Assembly (NCBI GenBank): GCA_021735405.1
Contig: JAIPHC010000003.1
Location: forward strand, 1 to 39,667
DNA: 39,667 bases
Direction: 5' to 3'
From: Candidatus Omnitrophota bacterium
Lineage (GTDB): Bacteria > Omnitrophota > Gorgyraeia > Duberdicusellales > 4484-171
The notes beneath the pieces are model-generated. The model was not told the origin of the DNA. It ran no database searches and saw only the letters and a list, made by a program, of their open reading frames with translations. This document shows, in pieces, positions 1 to 8,188 of this stretch (its first letter is position 1; each line of letters begins with the position of its first letter). The translations under genes and the position numbers were made by a program.

Positions 1-1043
1 GGGATAAAGGCCCCGGTTTAGGGGAAAATACGATTGAGATTTCCGGCCCCACAGTTAATCCGGTTAAAAGGACTATACCAAAGAGGATGATTAGGACAAA
101 TATACCGATGATTGATGTTTTTAACTCTTTGGTTGTCTCTCAAAAGCTGCCTATATTTTCTATATCCGGAGAGCCTTATAATGAGTTATTAGCCAGAATC
201 GCTTTGCAAGCCGAGGCTGATATGATTATTTTAGGGGGGATTGGCTTAAAGCACGATCAATATTTATTTTTTAAAAATAAATTAGAAGAAGGCGGAGCTC
301 TTGCGCGTTCGGTATTTTTTGTCCATACTGCATCGGATCCTGTGGTTGAAGGGTTGATGATTCCGGATCTCTGCCTGGCGGTAGCAGAAAAGTTTGCGCT
401 CGAAAACAAAGATGTTTTAGTCTTACTTTCAGACATGACTAATTTTGCTGATGCTTTAAAAGAAATTGCGATTACTATGGAGCAAGTTCCTTCAAATAGA
501 GGTTATCCAGGCGATCTTTACAGCCAGTTAGCGAAAAGATATGAAAAAGCAGTTGAGTTTGAAGACGCGGGTTCAATCACTATTCTTTCGGTGACAACCA
601 TGCCCGGAGATGACGTGACTCATCCGGTTCCCGACAATACAGGCTATATTACAGAAGGCCAGTTTTATCTGCGCGGAGGCTCAATAGAGCCTTTTGGTTC
701 TCTCAGCCGCCTTAAGCAGCAGGTAAACGATAAGACAAGAAAAGACCACCGGGCGATTATGGACGGGATGATTCAGCTTTATGCTAAATACCGGGACACG
801 GAAGAAAAACGTTCTATGGGTTTTAGAATGAGTTCTTGGGACAGAAAACTTCTTAAATACGGAAAGCTTTTTGAAGCAGAGATGATGGATTTAGCCGTAA
901 ACATTCCTATTGAAAAAGCTTTAGACAAAGGATGGCAGATGCTCTCTGATTGTTTTGAACCCGAGGAAACTAATTTTAGAAGTGATTTAATAAAAGAGTT
1001 TTGGCCAGAACCACAGAAAAATATAGAAACACAGAAAATATGA
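1..1043 (+). CDS. atpB: V/A-type ATP synthase subunit B, 5'-truncated by the window edge (frame open from position 3)
   Basis: Motifs [46 protein letters not shown]. Followed by subunits D, I and K. The symbol follows V-type nomenclature (ntpB). Confidence 0.95.
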   Translation, partial: DKGPGLGENTIEISGPTVNPVKRTIPKRMIRTNIPMIDVFNSLVVSQKLPIFSISGEPYNELLARIALQAEADMIILGGIGLKHDQYLFFKNKLEEGGALARSVFFVHTASDPVVEGLMIPDLCLAVAEKFALENKDVLVLLSDMTNFADALKEIAITMEQVPSNRGYPGDLYSQLAKRYEKAVEFEDAGSITILSVTTMPGDDVTHPVPDNTGYITEGQFYLRGGSIEPFGSLSRLKQQVNDKTRKDHRAIMDGMIQLYAKYRDTEEKRSMGFRMSSWDRKLLKYGKLFEAEMMDLAVNIPIEKALDKGWQMLSDCFEPEETNFRSDLIKEFWPEPQKNIETQKI

Positions 1044-1072
1044 AAGATTTAATGCGATAAAAGCGTTGACAA

Positions 1073-1092
1073 CCTGCCTGCCGGCAGGCAGG
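1073..1092. repeat. Perfect 20-bp palindrome CCTGCCTGCCGGCAGGCAGG (REP-like)
   Basis: Read directly. A 17/20 copy lies at 24671-24690. Confidence 0.85.
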
Positions 1093-1117
1093 CACTTTTG
1101 TTGCATAAGGAAGGATT

Positions 1118-1705
1118 ATGGGTAAGGTTAGGATAACCAAGCAAGAGCTAAGAAAACAAAAAGATTCCTTGGCAAGGTTTAGGCGCTATCTGCCTACCCT
1201 GCAGCTTAAAAAAAAGCAACTGCAGCAACAGATTGTAAAGGCCCACCAGCAAATCGATAGAGTATCCAAGGAAGAAGAGGATTTTAGAAACGAAGTTATT
1301 AACTGGGTGGATTTGTTTGCTCAGCAAAATCCAATCAGAGAAGTTTTAAGCCTGAAGGCTATAAAAACCCGGCGGGGGAATGTGGCCGGCGTTGATTTAC
1401 CTATATTTGATAGAGTTGATTTCGAACTAAAAAGCTACAGCCTGATGGAGACTCCTCTTTGGCTTGATTCCGGTATCGAAGCTGTTAAAAAGGTAATTAA
1501 CTATAAGGCAGAGTTGATTGTGCTGCATAGGCAACTGGATGCTTTAAAAGAAGAGCTGAGGATTACCAATCAAAGGGTTAATTTATTTGAAAAGGTTAAG
1601 ATTCCCGAATCAGAGGAAAATATTCGGATGATTCAAATTTATTTGGGGGAAAGAAGAACAGCCGCTGTGGTTAGAGGTAAAATCGCCAAAGCCAAAATCG
1701 GATAA
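1118..1705 (+). CDS. atpD: V/A-type ATP synthase subunit D
   Basis: LPTLQLKK and ELRITNQRVNLFEKVKIP motifs; operon position. V-type nomenclature (ntpD). Confidence 0.93.
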   Translation: MGKVRITKQELRKQKDSLARFRRYLPTLQLKKKQLQQQIVKAHQQIDRVSKEEEDFRNEVINWVDLFAQQNPIREVLSLKAIKTRRGNVAGVDLPIFDRVDFELKSYSLMETPLWLDSGIEAVKKVINYKAELIVLHRQLDALKEELRITNQRVNLFEKVKIPESEENIRMIQIYLGERRTAAVVRGKIAKAKIG

Positions 1706-1743
1706 AAGAAGGCTATGGTTTGATAAATAGTTGGCATTAATGT

Positions 1744-1825
1744 TCCGAGAGACGATGGATGAGGGACGAGAGGACGAAAATTTCGTCTATCGTCCTAGCG
1801 AAGTGGTCGTCTGTCGTCTATCGGA
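1744..1825. repeat. Inverted-arm element of GACGA(T/G)G heptamers and TCGTC(T)(A/G) heptamers
   Basis: Left arm gacgatg-gatgagg-gacgaga-ggacgaaa; right arm tttcgtc-tatcgtc...tcgtctg-tcgtcta-tcgga. Related to 3597-3649. Confidence 0.8.
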
Positions 1826-1838
1826 TGAGGGATAATAA

Positions 1839-3605
1839 ATGATCGTAAGGATGCGCAAGCTTACAATTTTAGTATCAAAGACAAGCGTTGATTCAGCTTT
1901 ACATGATCTGCGTGAGCTAGGGGTGTTTCATGTATCTCATTTAAGAAAACCCCACGCTGACTATATAGACACGGTAAGGAAAAGGTTGTCAAGATTAGAT
2001 AAAGTTTTGAATATAGTAGGGGAATCAAAAAAGCAAAAAAAACTTAGCAGAGAAGAGCTGATTTCTGCCTCCAAAGAAATTGTGGGTTTAGCTCAAGAAA
2101 AAAATAAACTCAAAGGCCGTCTGGCAGAATTAAACCAAAAAACCGCCTGGTTTAAGCAGTGGGGAGATGTTTCAAAAAAGGATTTGGAAAAACTGGCGGA
2201 TAAAAATATTTTCATTAAATTATATCGTTGCGGCGAAAAAGAATTCAAAAAGTTAAACCAGGATAAATTAGTTTACATTGTTGGGCGAAAAGGAGCTAAT
2301 TTACGCTTAATCCATATATCGACAAGCAAAGATGAAGAGCTAAAGTTTCAGCGGGTTGAAGTTCCTCAGGAGAGTTTGAGCTCACTTAATAAAGAAATTA
2401 ATTATATTCAACAGAGCAGAAAAGAAATCGAAGAAAAAATAAGTTCATTTTCAGTTTACCGGGATTGTTTTACCGGGTACAAGAAGAAACTGCTTAACAA
2501 GCTTGAGTTTATAAAAGTGAAATTTGGAATGGAAGGCAGCGAAGCTTTAGCCTGGCTCCAGGGGTTTTGCCCTCTTGATTCAGTAAAAAAAATAAAAAAA
2601 ACAGCCCAAAAAAATGGTTGGGCAATAGCAGTTGAGAAACCTGACAACCCAAGAGAAGTCCCCACTTTAATCAGAAATCCAAAGTGGGTCGAAATCATAA
2701 AACCCGTTTTTAATTTTATGGGCACTTTGCCCGGTTATAAGGAGTATGATATAAGTTTTTGGTTTTTATTATTTTTTAGTTTATTTTTTGCTATGTTAGT
2801 GGGAGACGCAGGATACGGGGTTATTTTTCTTGCAGCCACTTATTTGGCCAGAAGGAAATTCAAACAAGCTCCGGCTGCGCCCTTTTTTTTAATCTATACC
2901 TTAAGCTTTGCAACCGTTATTTGGGGCGCTTTATCGGGTAATTGGTTCGGGGTAGAAGCTGTTACTAAATTGCCTTTTTTTGATTTTTTAGTTATTGACC
3001 GAATTAACAGTTTTACAAAAACTAATCAAAATTTTATGATTTATTTTTGTTTTGTAATCGGGGTGGCGCATTTATCGATAGCCCATTTAATAAAAGCCTT
3101 TCGTTATTTGAACTCTTTTAAGGTTTTGGCGGAAATTGGCTGGGTTTGTATTTTGTGGACAGCTTTTTTTGTGGCCAGCCAATTACTTGTGGGCAAACCG
3201 GCTCCGAATTTTACCTCAGGATTAGGCATAGCCGGTATAACCGCTGTTATTTTGTTCTCTAACTTTCAAAAGAATGTTTTAAAGGGAGCCCTTTCGACTT
3301 TAGGGACTTTACCTTTAGACGTAATTAGCTCTTTTACCGATATTATTTCTTACCTGCGCCTTTTTGCTGTAGGTTACGCAACGCTTGCCGTTGCCACCGC
3401 TTTTAATACCATGGCAACAAGTACGGGCCTGGGGGGGCTTTTAGGCGGAATTGCGGCCGCAATAATTCTTTTTCTCGGGCATAGTTTAAATATTTTGTTG
3501 TGTTTAATGTCGGTTGTAGTTCATGGAATCAGATTGAATTTACTTGAATTTTCCGGGCAATTAGGAATGGAGTGGTCCGGTAAAGAATATAGGCCGTTCC
3601 GATAG
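1839..3605 (+). CDS. atpI: V/A-type ATP synthase subunit I (a)
   Basis: Soluble N-terminal half, GDAGYG, SYLRLFAVG with the essential Arg, HGIRLNLLEF; multi-TM C-terminal half. Confidence 0.95.
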   Translation: MIVRMRKLTILVSKTSVDSALHDLRELGVFHVSHLRKPHADYIDTVRKRLSRLDKVLNIVGESKKQKKLSREELISASKEIVGLAQEKNKLKGRLAELNQKTAWFKQWGDVSKKDLEKLADKNIFIKLYRCGEKEFKKLNQDKLVYIVGRKGANLRLIHISTSKDEELKFQRVEVPQESLSSLNKEINYIQQSRKEIEEKISSFSVYRDCFTGYKKKLLNKLEFIKVKFGMEGSEALAWLQGFCPLDSVKKIKKTAQKNGWAIAVEKPDNPREVPTLIRNPKWVEIIKPVFNFMGTLPGYKEYDISFWFLLFFSLFFAMLVGDAGYGVIFLAATYLARRKFKQAPAAPFFLIYTLSFATVIWGALSGNWFGVEAVTKLPFFDFLVIDRINSFTKTNQNFMIYFCFVIGVAHLSIAHLIKAFRYLNSFKVLAEIGWVCILWTAFFVASQLLVGKPAPNFTSGLGIAGITAVILFSNFQKNVLKGALSTLGTLPLDVISSFTDIISYLRLFAVGYATLAVATAFNTMATSTGLGGLLGGIAAAIILFLGHSLNILLCLMSVVVHGIRLNLLEFSGQLGMEWSGKEYRPFR

Positions 3606-3649
3606 GAACGAGGGACGATGGACGAGGGACGAATTTTCGTCTATCGGAA
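3597..3649. repeat. Second GACGAGG-heptamer inverted element; its left end contains the atpI stop codon
   Basis: Terminal stem ttccgatag (3597-3605) / ctatcggaa (3641-3649); interior gaacgagg-gacgatg-gacgagg-gacgaa-ttttcgtc. Confidence 0.8.
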
Positions 3650-3682
3650 GAAAGATAAAACGTAATTTAAGAGGAGGTTGAA

Positions 3683-4129
3683 ATGATACAAGGTTTTGGT
3701 GATATGAGTTTATCTTTGGCGTTTGCCGCAGTAGGCTCGGCTTTAGGCACAGGTGTTGCCGGAATGGCTGCGGTAGGGGCTTGGAAAAAAGCTTTTTCGG
3801 AAAATAAAACAGCACCATTTACCTTACTTGCTTTTGTGGGGGCGCCTTTAACTCAAACTATTTATGCTTGGATATTACGGGATCAAATCATTGGCGCTAA
3901 TTTGCCCGCTACTACTGCCACTTATGTATTTCAGGCTGTACTTGGGCTGGCTGCGGGTATTGCGATGGGAGCTTCTGCCTACATGCAAGGCAAAGCGGCG
4001 GCAAGAGCCTGTGACGCTTTAGCAGAAACCGGTAAAGGCTTTGGCCAATATATAACAGTGCTGGGGATAATTGAAACGGTAGCTTTATTTGTAATGGTGT
4101 TTTGTATGATGGCGCTTCCTTCGGCCTAA
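3683..4129 (+). CDS. atpK: V/A-type ATP synthase subunit K (c), four-TM, probably Na+-binding
   Basis: Duplicated-hairpin proteolipid with LTQTIY, MQG and IIETVALF. SD GGAGG just upstream. Confidence 0.93.
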   Translation: MIQGFGDMSLSLAFAAVGSALGTGVAGMAAVGAWKKAFSENKTAPFTLLAFVGAPLTQTIYAWILRDQIIGANLPATTATYVFQAVLGLAAGIAMGASAYMQGKAAARACDALAETGKGFGQYITVLGIIETVALFVMVFCMMALPSA

Positions 4130-4233
4130 TAGGGCGTGTCCGAGTAGGACGTTTACTAAAGCAGAGGCTTTAAGCCCTTAATTTTCGCTTTTTGAACGAA
4201 AAGGATTACGCAAAAATATAGAAAAGTGTTCTC

Positions 4234-4315
4234 GGTGTCATTCTGAGGGAGAGTCAGCGACCGAAGAATCTCAAGCCATTGCGGAGATCCTTCGGCTTCG
4301 CCTCAGGATGACACC
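4234..4315. repeat. GTCATTCTGAG...GAAGAATCT / AGATCCTTC...CTCAGGATGAC palindromic intergenic repeat
   Basis: Terminal stem ggtgtcattctgagg / cctcaggatgacacc, inner stem ccgaagaatctc / gagatccttcgg. Related copy at 24717-24811. Confidence 0.85.
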
Positions 4316-4350
4316 TAATGTTTTAAAAATGACAACGTCTACTAAAAAGG

Positions 4351-4379
4351 TTGATTTTTTTACCAATTCTTGTTATTAT
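4351..4379 (+). promoter_or_regulatory. Sigma70-type promoter for tRNA-Val (and possibly thrS)
   Basis: TTGATT-17 bp-TATTAT with extended -10 TG. Confidence 0.6.
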
Positions 4380-4420
4380 TGCGGATATGGCACTTCGCTG
4401 AAAATAATTGCATTTTCAAT

Positions 4421-4495
4421 GGGCGGTTAGCTCAGTTGGTTTAGAGCGTCTCGTTTACACCGAGAGGGTCGTGGGTTCGAATCCTACACCGCCCA
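4421..4495 (+). tRNA. tRNA-Val(TAC), CCA not encoded
   Basis: Cloverleaf: acceptor GGGCGGT/ACCGCCC, D-stem GCTC/GAGC, anticodon stem TCTCG/CGAGA with loop TTTACAC, T-arm GTGGG-TTCGAAT-CCTAC. Confidence 0.97.
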
Positions 4496-4619
4496 TGTTT
4501 TTGTGTTTATTCATAAATGTTATTTGCAAAATTTATTTGCGGGCAGTGCAATAGAATATTCGGAACAAATAAGACAGTTTTGGCAAGCAAGCAGCTTCGG
4601 CTGCGCCGAAGATTTGTTG

Positions 4620-4640
4620 CGAATCCTACACCGCCCACCA
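4620..4640 (+). repeat. 18-bp direct repeat of the tRNA-Val 3' end followed by CCA (attR-like)
   Basis: cgaatcctacaccgccca at 4478-4495 and 4620-4637; CCA at 4638-4640. Confidence 0.9.
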
Positions 4641-4711
4641 CTTTTTTGGGAACAAAAAAGTGGTGAGGCTCGCCAATTTGAAAAATTGGCGGCCCATAAT
4701 TCATAAAACAT

Positions 4712-4837
4712 AAATTCGAAATTCTAATATTAAAATTCGAAACAAATCTAAATATCTAAATATTCCAATTTTCAAAACTGTTTTTTGTATTTTTGAATTT
4801 TTTTATTTCGGGTTTCGACATTCGAATTTCGGATTTT
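4712..4837. repeat. AT-rich inverted-arm element of AAATTCG/AAATCT-like units upstream of thrS
   Basis: Left arm aaattcgaaattctaatattaaaattcgaaac...; right arm ...gtttcgacattcgaatttcggatttt. Confidence 0.7.
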
Positions 4838-4843
4838 AATAAT

Positions 4844-6550
4844 ATGGATTTAAAAACTTTACGACATTCATGCTCTCATGTTTTAGCTTCAGCGGTTAAG
4901 AAGCTCTATCCGGAGGCGAAATTAGGCATAGGGCCTGCTATCGAAGAAGGGTTTTACTATGATTTTGATATTCCCGGAGGTTTAAGCGAAGAAGATTTGC
5001 CAAAAATTGAAGAGTTAATGGAAGAAGAGATAAAATCCGGGCTGCCCTTTGTCCAAAAAGACTTAAGCAAAGAAGAAGCTATAGATTTTTTTAAGAAAAA
5101 GGGTGAAATTTATAAGATAGAATTGATCAAAGATTTAGAAAAAGACCAAGTTTCAACTTTTCAACATAATGATTTTATAGATTTATGCAAAGGGCCTCAT
5201 TTAAAAGATACAGGGCCTTTAAAAAATTTTAAATTACTTTCGGTATCAGGGGCTTATTGGCGGGGAAGCCAAGAAAACGCCCAACTAAGCCGGGTCTATG
5301 GAACGGTTTTTACCGACAGGAAAAGCTTAAAGAAATATTTAAACCGGTTAGAAGAGGCAAAAAAAAGAGATCACCGCAAGTTAGGCAAGGAGTTGGGTTT
5401 ATTTGATATATACCCCGAACAAGCCGGTGCAGGATTAGTTTTTTATCTTCCCAGGGGCGCGATTTTAAGAAAAATCATCACCGATTGGGAAATAAACGAA
5501 CACTTGAAAAGAGGGTATCAAATGATAAATACGCCTCATATTATGGATAGAAATCTTTGGGAAAAAAGCGGCCACCTTAGCCATTACCAGGAGTATATGT
5601 ATCCGGTAAAAAAAGCCAAACAAGAGTTTGTCTTAAAGCCTATGAATTGCCCCGGGCATATTTTAGTCTATAAATCAAAGCTCCATAGTTTTAGAGACCT
5701 TCCCCTTAGGTTGTTTGAATTGGGGACGGTTTATCGTTTTGAAAAGAGCGGGGTTTTGCATGGTTTGCTTCGCTTGCGGGGTTTTACCCAAGATGACGCG
5801 CATATTTTTTGCAAAAAAGAAGATCTTTATTCAGAAATAGAAGGAGTGATTGATTTTGTTAAATCGACTATGGATAAATTCGGGTTTAAAGACTATAGCG
5901 CCGAATTAAGCACCCGGCCGGATAAGTTTATCGGAAAATTAAAAGATTGGCAGATGGCCGAAAAGATTTTAGAAGGGGTTTTAGGAGATAAAAAGCTTAA
6001 CTATAAACTTAATCCCGGCGACGGAGCTTTTTACGGCCCCAAGATAGATATTATTTTAAAAGACGCGATAGGAAGAAGCTGGCAATGCGCTACTATCCAG
6101 CTTGATTATAATATTCCTGAGAGGTTCGATTTAACCTACCGCTCCAAAGAAGATAAAGATGAAAGAGTGGTTATGATCCACCGGGTAGTTTTAGGAAGCT
6201 TGGAAAGGTTTATCGCAACACTGGTAGAGCATTTTGCGGGAGCTTTTCCGCTCTGGCTTGCTCCCATTCAAGTCAGCGTTTTAAATATAAATAAAGATGT
6301 GGCCGATTATGCGGATAAAATAAAAGAAAGGTTGTTAGAAGAAGGTTTTAGGGCTGAATCCGACCTAAGAGAAGAGACTTTGCAAAAGAAAATCAGGGAA
6401 AAAGAGGCTGAAAAAATACCTTATATGCTTATAGTCGGCCGGCGGGAAAAAGAGGCCGGGACGGTTTCGCTGCGCCAAAGGGGAATGAAAAAAATGGGAA
6501 CAAAAAAAATAGAAGAATTAATAACTTTTTTAAAAAAGGAGGCTAAATAG
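4844..6550 (+). CDS. thrS: Threonine--tRNA ligase lacking the N-terminal TGS domain
   Basis: LRHSCSHVLA, DLCKGPH, RDHRKLG, KPMNCPGH, GAFYGPKID. Start moved from TTG 4793 (inside the repeat) to ATG 4844. Confidence 0.96.
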   Translation: MDLKTLRHSCSHVLASAVKKLYPEAKLGIGPAIEEGFYYDFDIPGGLSEEDLPKIEELMEEEIKSGLPFVQKDLSKEEAIDFFKKKGEIYKIELIKDLEKDQVSTFQHNDFIDLCKGPHLKDTGPLKNFKLLSVSGAYWRGSQENAQLSRVYGTVFTDRKSLKKYLNRLEEAKKRDHRKLGKELGLFDIYPEQAGAGLVFYLPRGAILRKIITDWEINEHLKRGYQMINTPHIMDRNLWEKSGHLSHYQEYMYPVKKAKQEFVLKPMNCPGHILVYKSKLHSFRDLPLRLFELGTVYRFEKSGVLHGLLRLRGFTQDDAHIFCKKEDLYSEIEGVIDFVKSTMDKFGFKDYSAELSTRPDKFIGKLKDWQMAEKILEGVLGDKKLNYKLNPGDGAFYGPKIDIILKDAIGRSWQCATIQLDYNIPERFDLTYRSKEDKDERVVMIHRVVLGSLERFIATLVEHFAGAFPLWLAPIQVSVLNINKDVADYADKIKERLLEEGFRAESDLREETLQKKIREKEAEKIPYMLIVGRREKEAGTVSLRQRGMKKMGTKKIEELITFLKKEAK

Positions 6551-7057
6551 GTGAAGAAAAGAGTAAGGGTAAATTTGAGAGTTGTTGCAGAAAGATTAAG
6601 ATTAATCAGCCCCGACGGAGAACAATTGGGAGTAGTGAGCCGTAAGGAGGCTTTAGATAAAGCAAGGGAGCATGGCCTTGATTTAGTCGAGATTGCTCCT
6701 TCTGCAAAACCGCCGGTTTGCCGGATAATGGATTTTACTAAGTATAAATACGAACAAAGCAAAAGAGAAAAAGAACTAAAAAAACATCAGAAGCAATCCC
6801 AGCTAAAAGAAGTGAGAATTACTCCGCGAACCGAAAAACATGATTATCAAGTTAAACTAAAAAGAATAGAAGGATTCCTTAAAAAGCGTCATAAAGTAAG
6901 GATAAGAATGTGGTATAAGGGCAGAGAAATTACTCATAAAGAAATCGGAAGAAGAATTGTAGATAATATTATAAAAGACACAGAATCTATTGCCCAAATA
7001 GATAAAGAGCCTGTAATGAGAGGAAAAACTATGATATTTACTTTGAGCCCGAAATAG
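6551..7057 (+). CDS. infC: Translation initiation factor IF-3
   Basis: LDLVEIAPSAKPPVCRIMDFTKYKYE, KEVRI, GREITH. GTG start 8 nt after AAGGAGG. Confidence 0.96.
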   Translation: MKKRVRVNLRVVAERLRLISPDGEQLGVVSRKEALDKAREHGLDLVEIAPSAKPPVCRIMDFTKYKYEQSKREKELKKHQKQSQLKEVRITPRTEKHDYQVKLKRIEGFLKKRHKVRIRMWYKGREITHKEIGRRIVDNIIKDTESIAQIDKEPVMRGKTMIFTLSPK

Positions 7058-7148
7058 CTATAATAGAACCACAGATAACCCAGAAAGCAGGTAATAGAAA
7101 GATTTACAGAAGACACAAAGAAAGAATAATAGATGAGGAGGAAGGGGT

Positions 7149-7349
7149 ATGCCGAAATTGAAAACAAAAAAAGCATTAGCGAAAAGAATCAAAATTACGA
7201 AAAAGAAAAAAGCTTTACGGTCAAAAGCCGGCAGAAGGCATTTGTTGAGCGGAAAGGGGCGGAAGAGAAAAAGAAATTTACGGAAAAAAGATAAAATGCC
7301 AAAAGAATTAAGTAAGCTGGTAAAGAGGGCTTTACCTTATTCTGTCTAA
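7149..7349 (+). CDS. rpmI: 50S ribosomal protein L35
   Basis: MPKLKTKKALAKRIKIT...RRHLL; position between infC and rplT. Confidence 0.95.
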   Translation: MPKLKTKKALAKRIKITKKKKALRSKAGRRHLLSGKGRKRKRNLRKKDKMPKELSKLVKRALPYSV

Positions 7350-7363
7350 AAAATAATGAGATA

Positions 7364-7423
7364 CACACAGATAAGAACTACGAAATCTGTGTAAATCTGT
7401 ATTTATCTGTGTGAATCTGTGTC
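7364..7423. repeat. 10-bp-period (A/T)ATCTGT(G)T tandem array with an upstream inverted CACACAGATA arm
   Basis: aatctgtgta-aatctgtatt-tatctgtgtg-aatctgtgtc (7384-7423); cacacagata (7364-7373) is the reverse complement of 7404-7413. Confidence 0.8.
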
Positions 7424-7439
7424 ATAAAGGAGGTTTATT

Positions 7440-7784
7440 ATGAGAGCAAGAAGTCCTGTAGCTTCTCGAAAAAGAAAGAAAAAAGTATTAAAGCAAGCCA
7501 AAGGGTATTGGGGCCGGCGTTCTAAGAATTACCGCAGAGCCATTGAAACCCTAAGGCGGGCTTATGTTTATGCCTACAATCACCGGCGGCTTAAAAAAAG
7601 AGAGTTCCGTTCTTTATGGATTACCCGTCTCAATGCAGCCGCCAGAGAAAGAGGGACATCTTACCGGGAATTAATCAATAATTTGAAAAAGAACAATATA
7701 ATCCTTTCCCGCAATGTCTTAGCGTTGATTGCTTCGGAAAATCCAGAAGTGTTTGATAAAATTGTTGAAACAGTAAAAAATTAA
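7440..7784 (+). CDS. rplT: 50S ribosomal protein L20
   Basis: KVLKQAKGYWG, KKREFRSLWITRLNAAAR; SD AAGGAGG. Confidence 0.97.
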   Translation: MRARSPVASRKRKKKVLKQAKGYWGRRSKNYRRAIETLRRAYVYAYNHRRLKKREFRSLWITRLNAAARERGTSYRELINNLKKNNIILSRNVLALIASENPEVFDKIVETVKN

Positions 7785-7792
7785 AAAAAAGC

Positions 7793-8188
7793 ATGCGTTA
7801 TATAATTATTGTAGGATGCAGCCGGACCGGCCGGGTTCTAGCCAGAGAATTATCCAATACAGATAATGTGGTTATAATTGATAAAGACCTAAAAAAACTG
7901 GATTCTTTTAAAGAGGATTTTAACGGGAAAAAAATATGGGCGGACGCTTTAGACGTTAACACCCTTGAAAAAGCGGGGATAAAAGAAGCCGACGCTCTTT
8001 TTTTACTTACGGGAAATGATAACCTTAATTTAGTGGTAGGCAAGGTTGTTAAAAGAAAATACAAGATTAAAAAGATAATCTTGCAGGTAAATGATACTAT
8101 GAAAAAAAAGATATTCGGAGAAGAAGGCCTAACTGTAATCAATAAGACCTATCTTCTCGGCGAGGTGTTGAAGAAGTGTATATCGTAA
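7793..8188 (+). CDS. trkA: TrkA-family K+ uptake regulatory protein, RCK_N domain only
   Basis: IIIVGCSRTG Rossmann motif, LEKAGIKEADA, TGNDNLN; 131 aa with no RCK_C. Confidence 0.85.
   Translation: MRYIIIVGCSRTGRVLARELSNTDNVVIIDKDLKKLDSFKEDFNGKKIWADALDVNTLEKAGIKEADALFLLTGNDNLNLVVGKVVKRKYKIKKIILQVNDTMKKKIFGEEGLTVINKTYLLGEVLKKCIS

Noticed and set aside
4131-4153. AGGGCGTGTC as an IS terminal inverted repeat
   Set aside because: No matching opposite end and no transposase remnant in the window; kept only as a weak note in the 4131-4343 finding.
4503-4711. Three short overlapping ORFs (63-67 aa) downstream of tRNA-Val
   Set aside because: They run across the tRNA 3' duplication and hairpins, have no RBS and no recognisable motif, and are better explained as non-coding.
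4793-4843. N-terminal extension of ThrS from TTG 4793
   Set aside because: It is the right arm of the AT-rich repeat; homology starts at ATG 4844.
1744-7423. Short repeat arrays as possible CRISPR arrays
   Set aside because: Units are 7-10 bp, tandem and without unique 25-45 bp spacers; no cas genes in the window.
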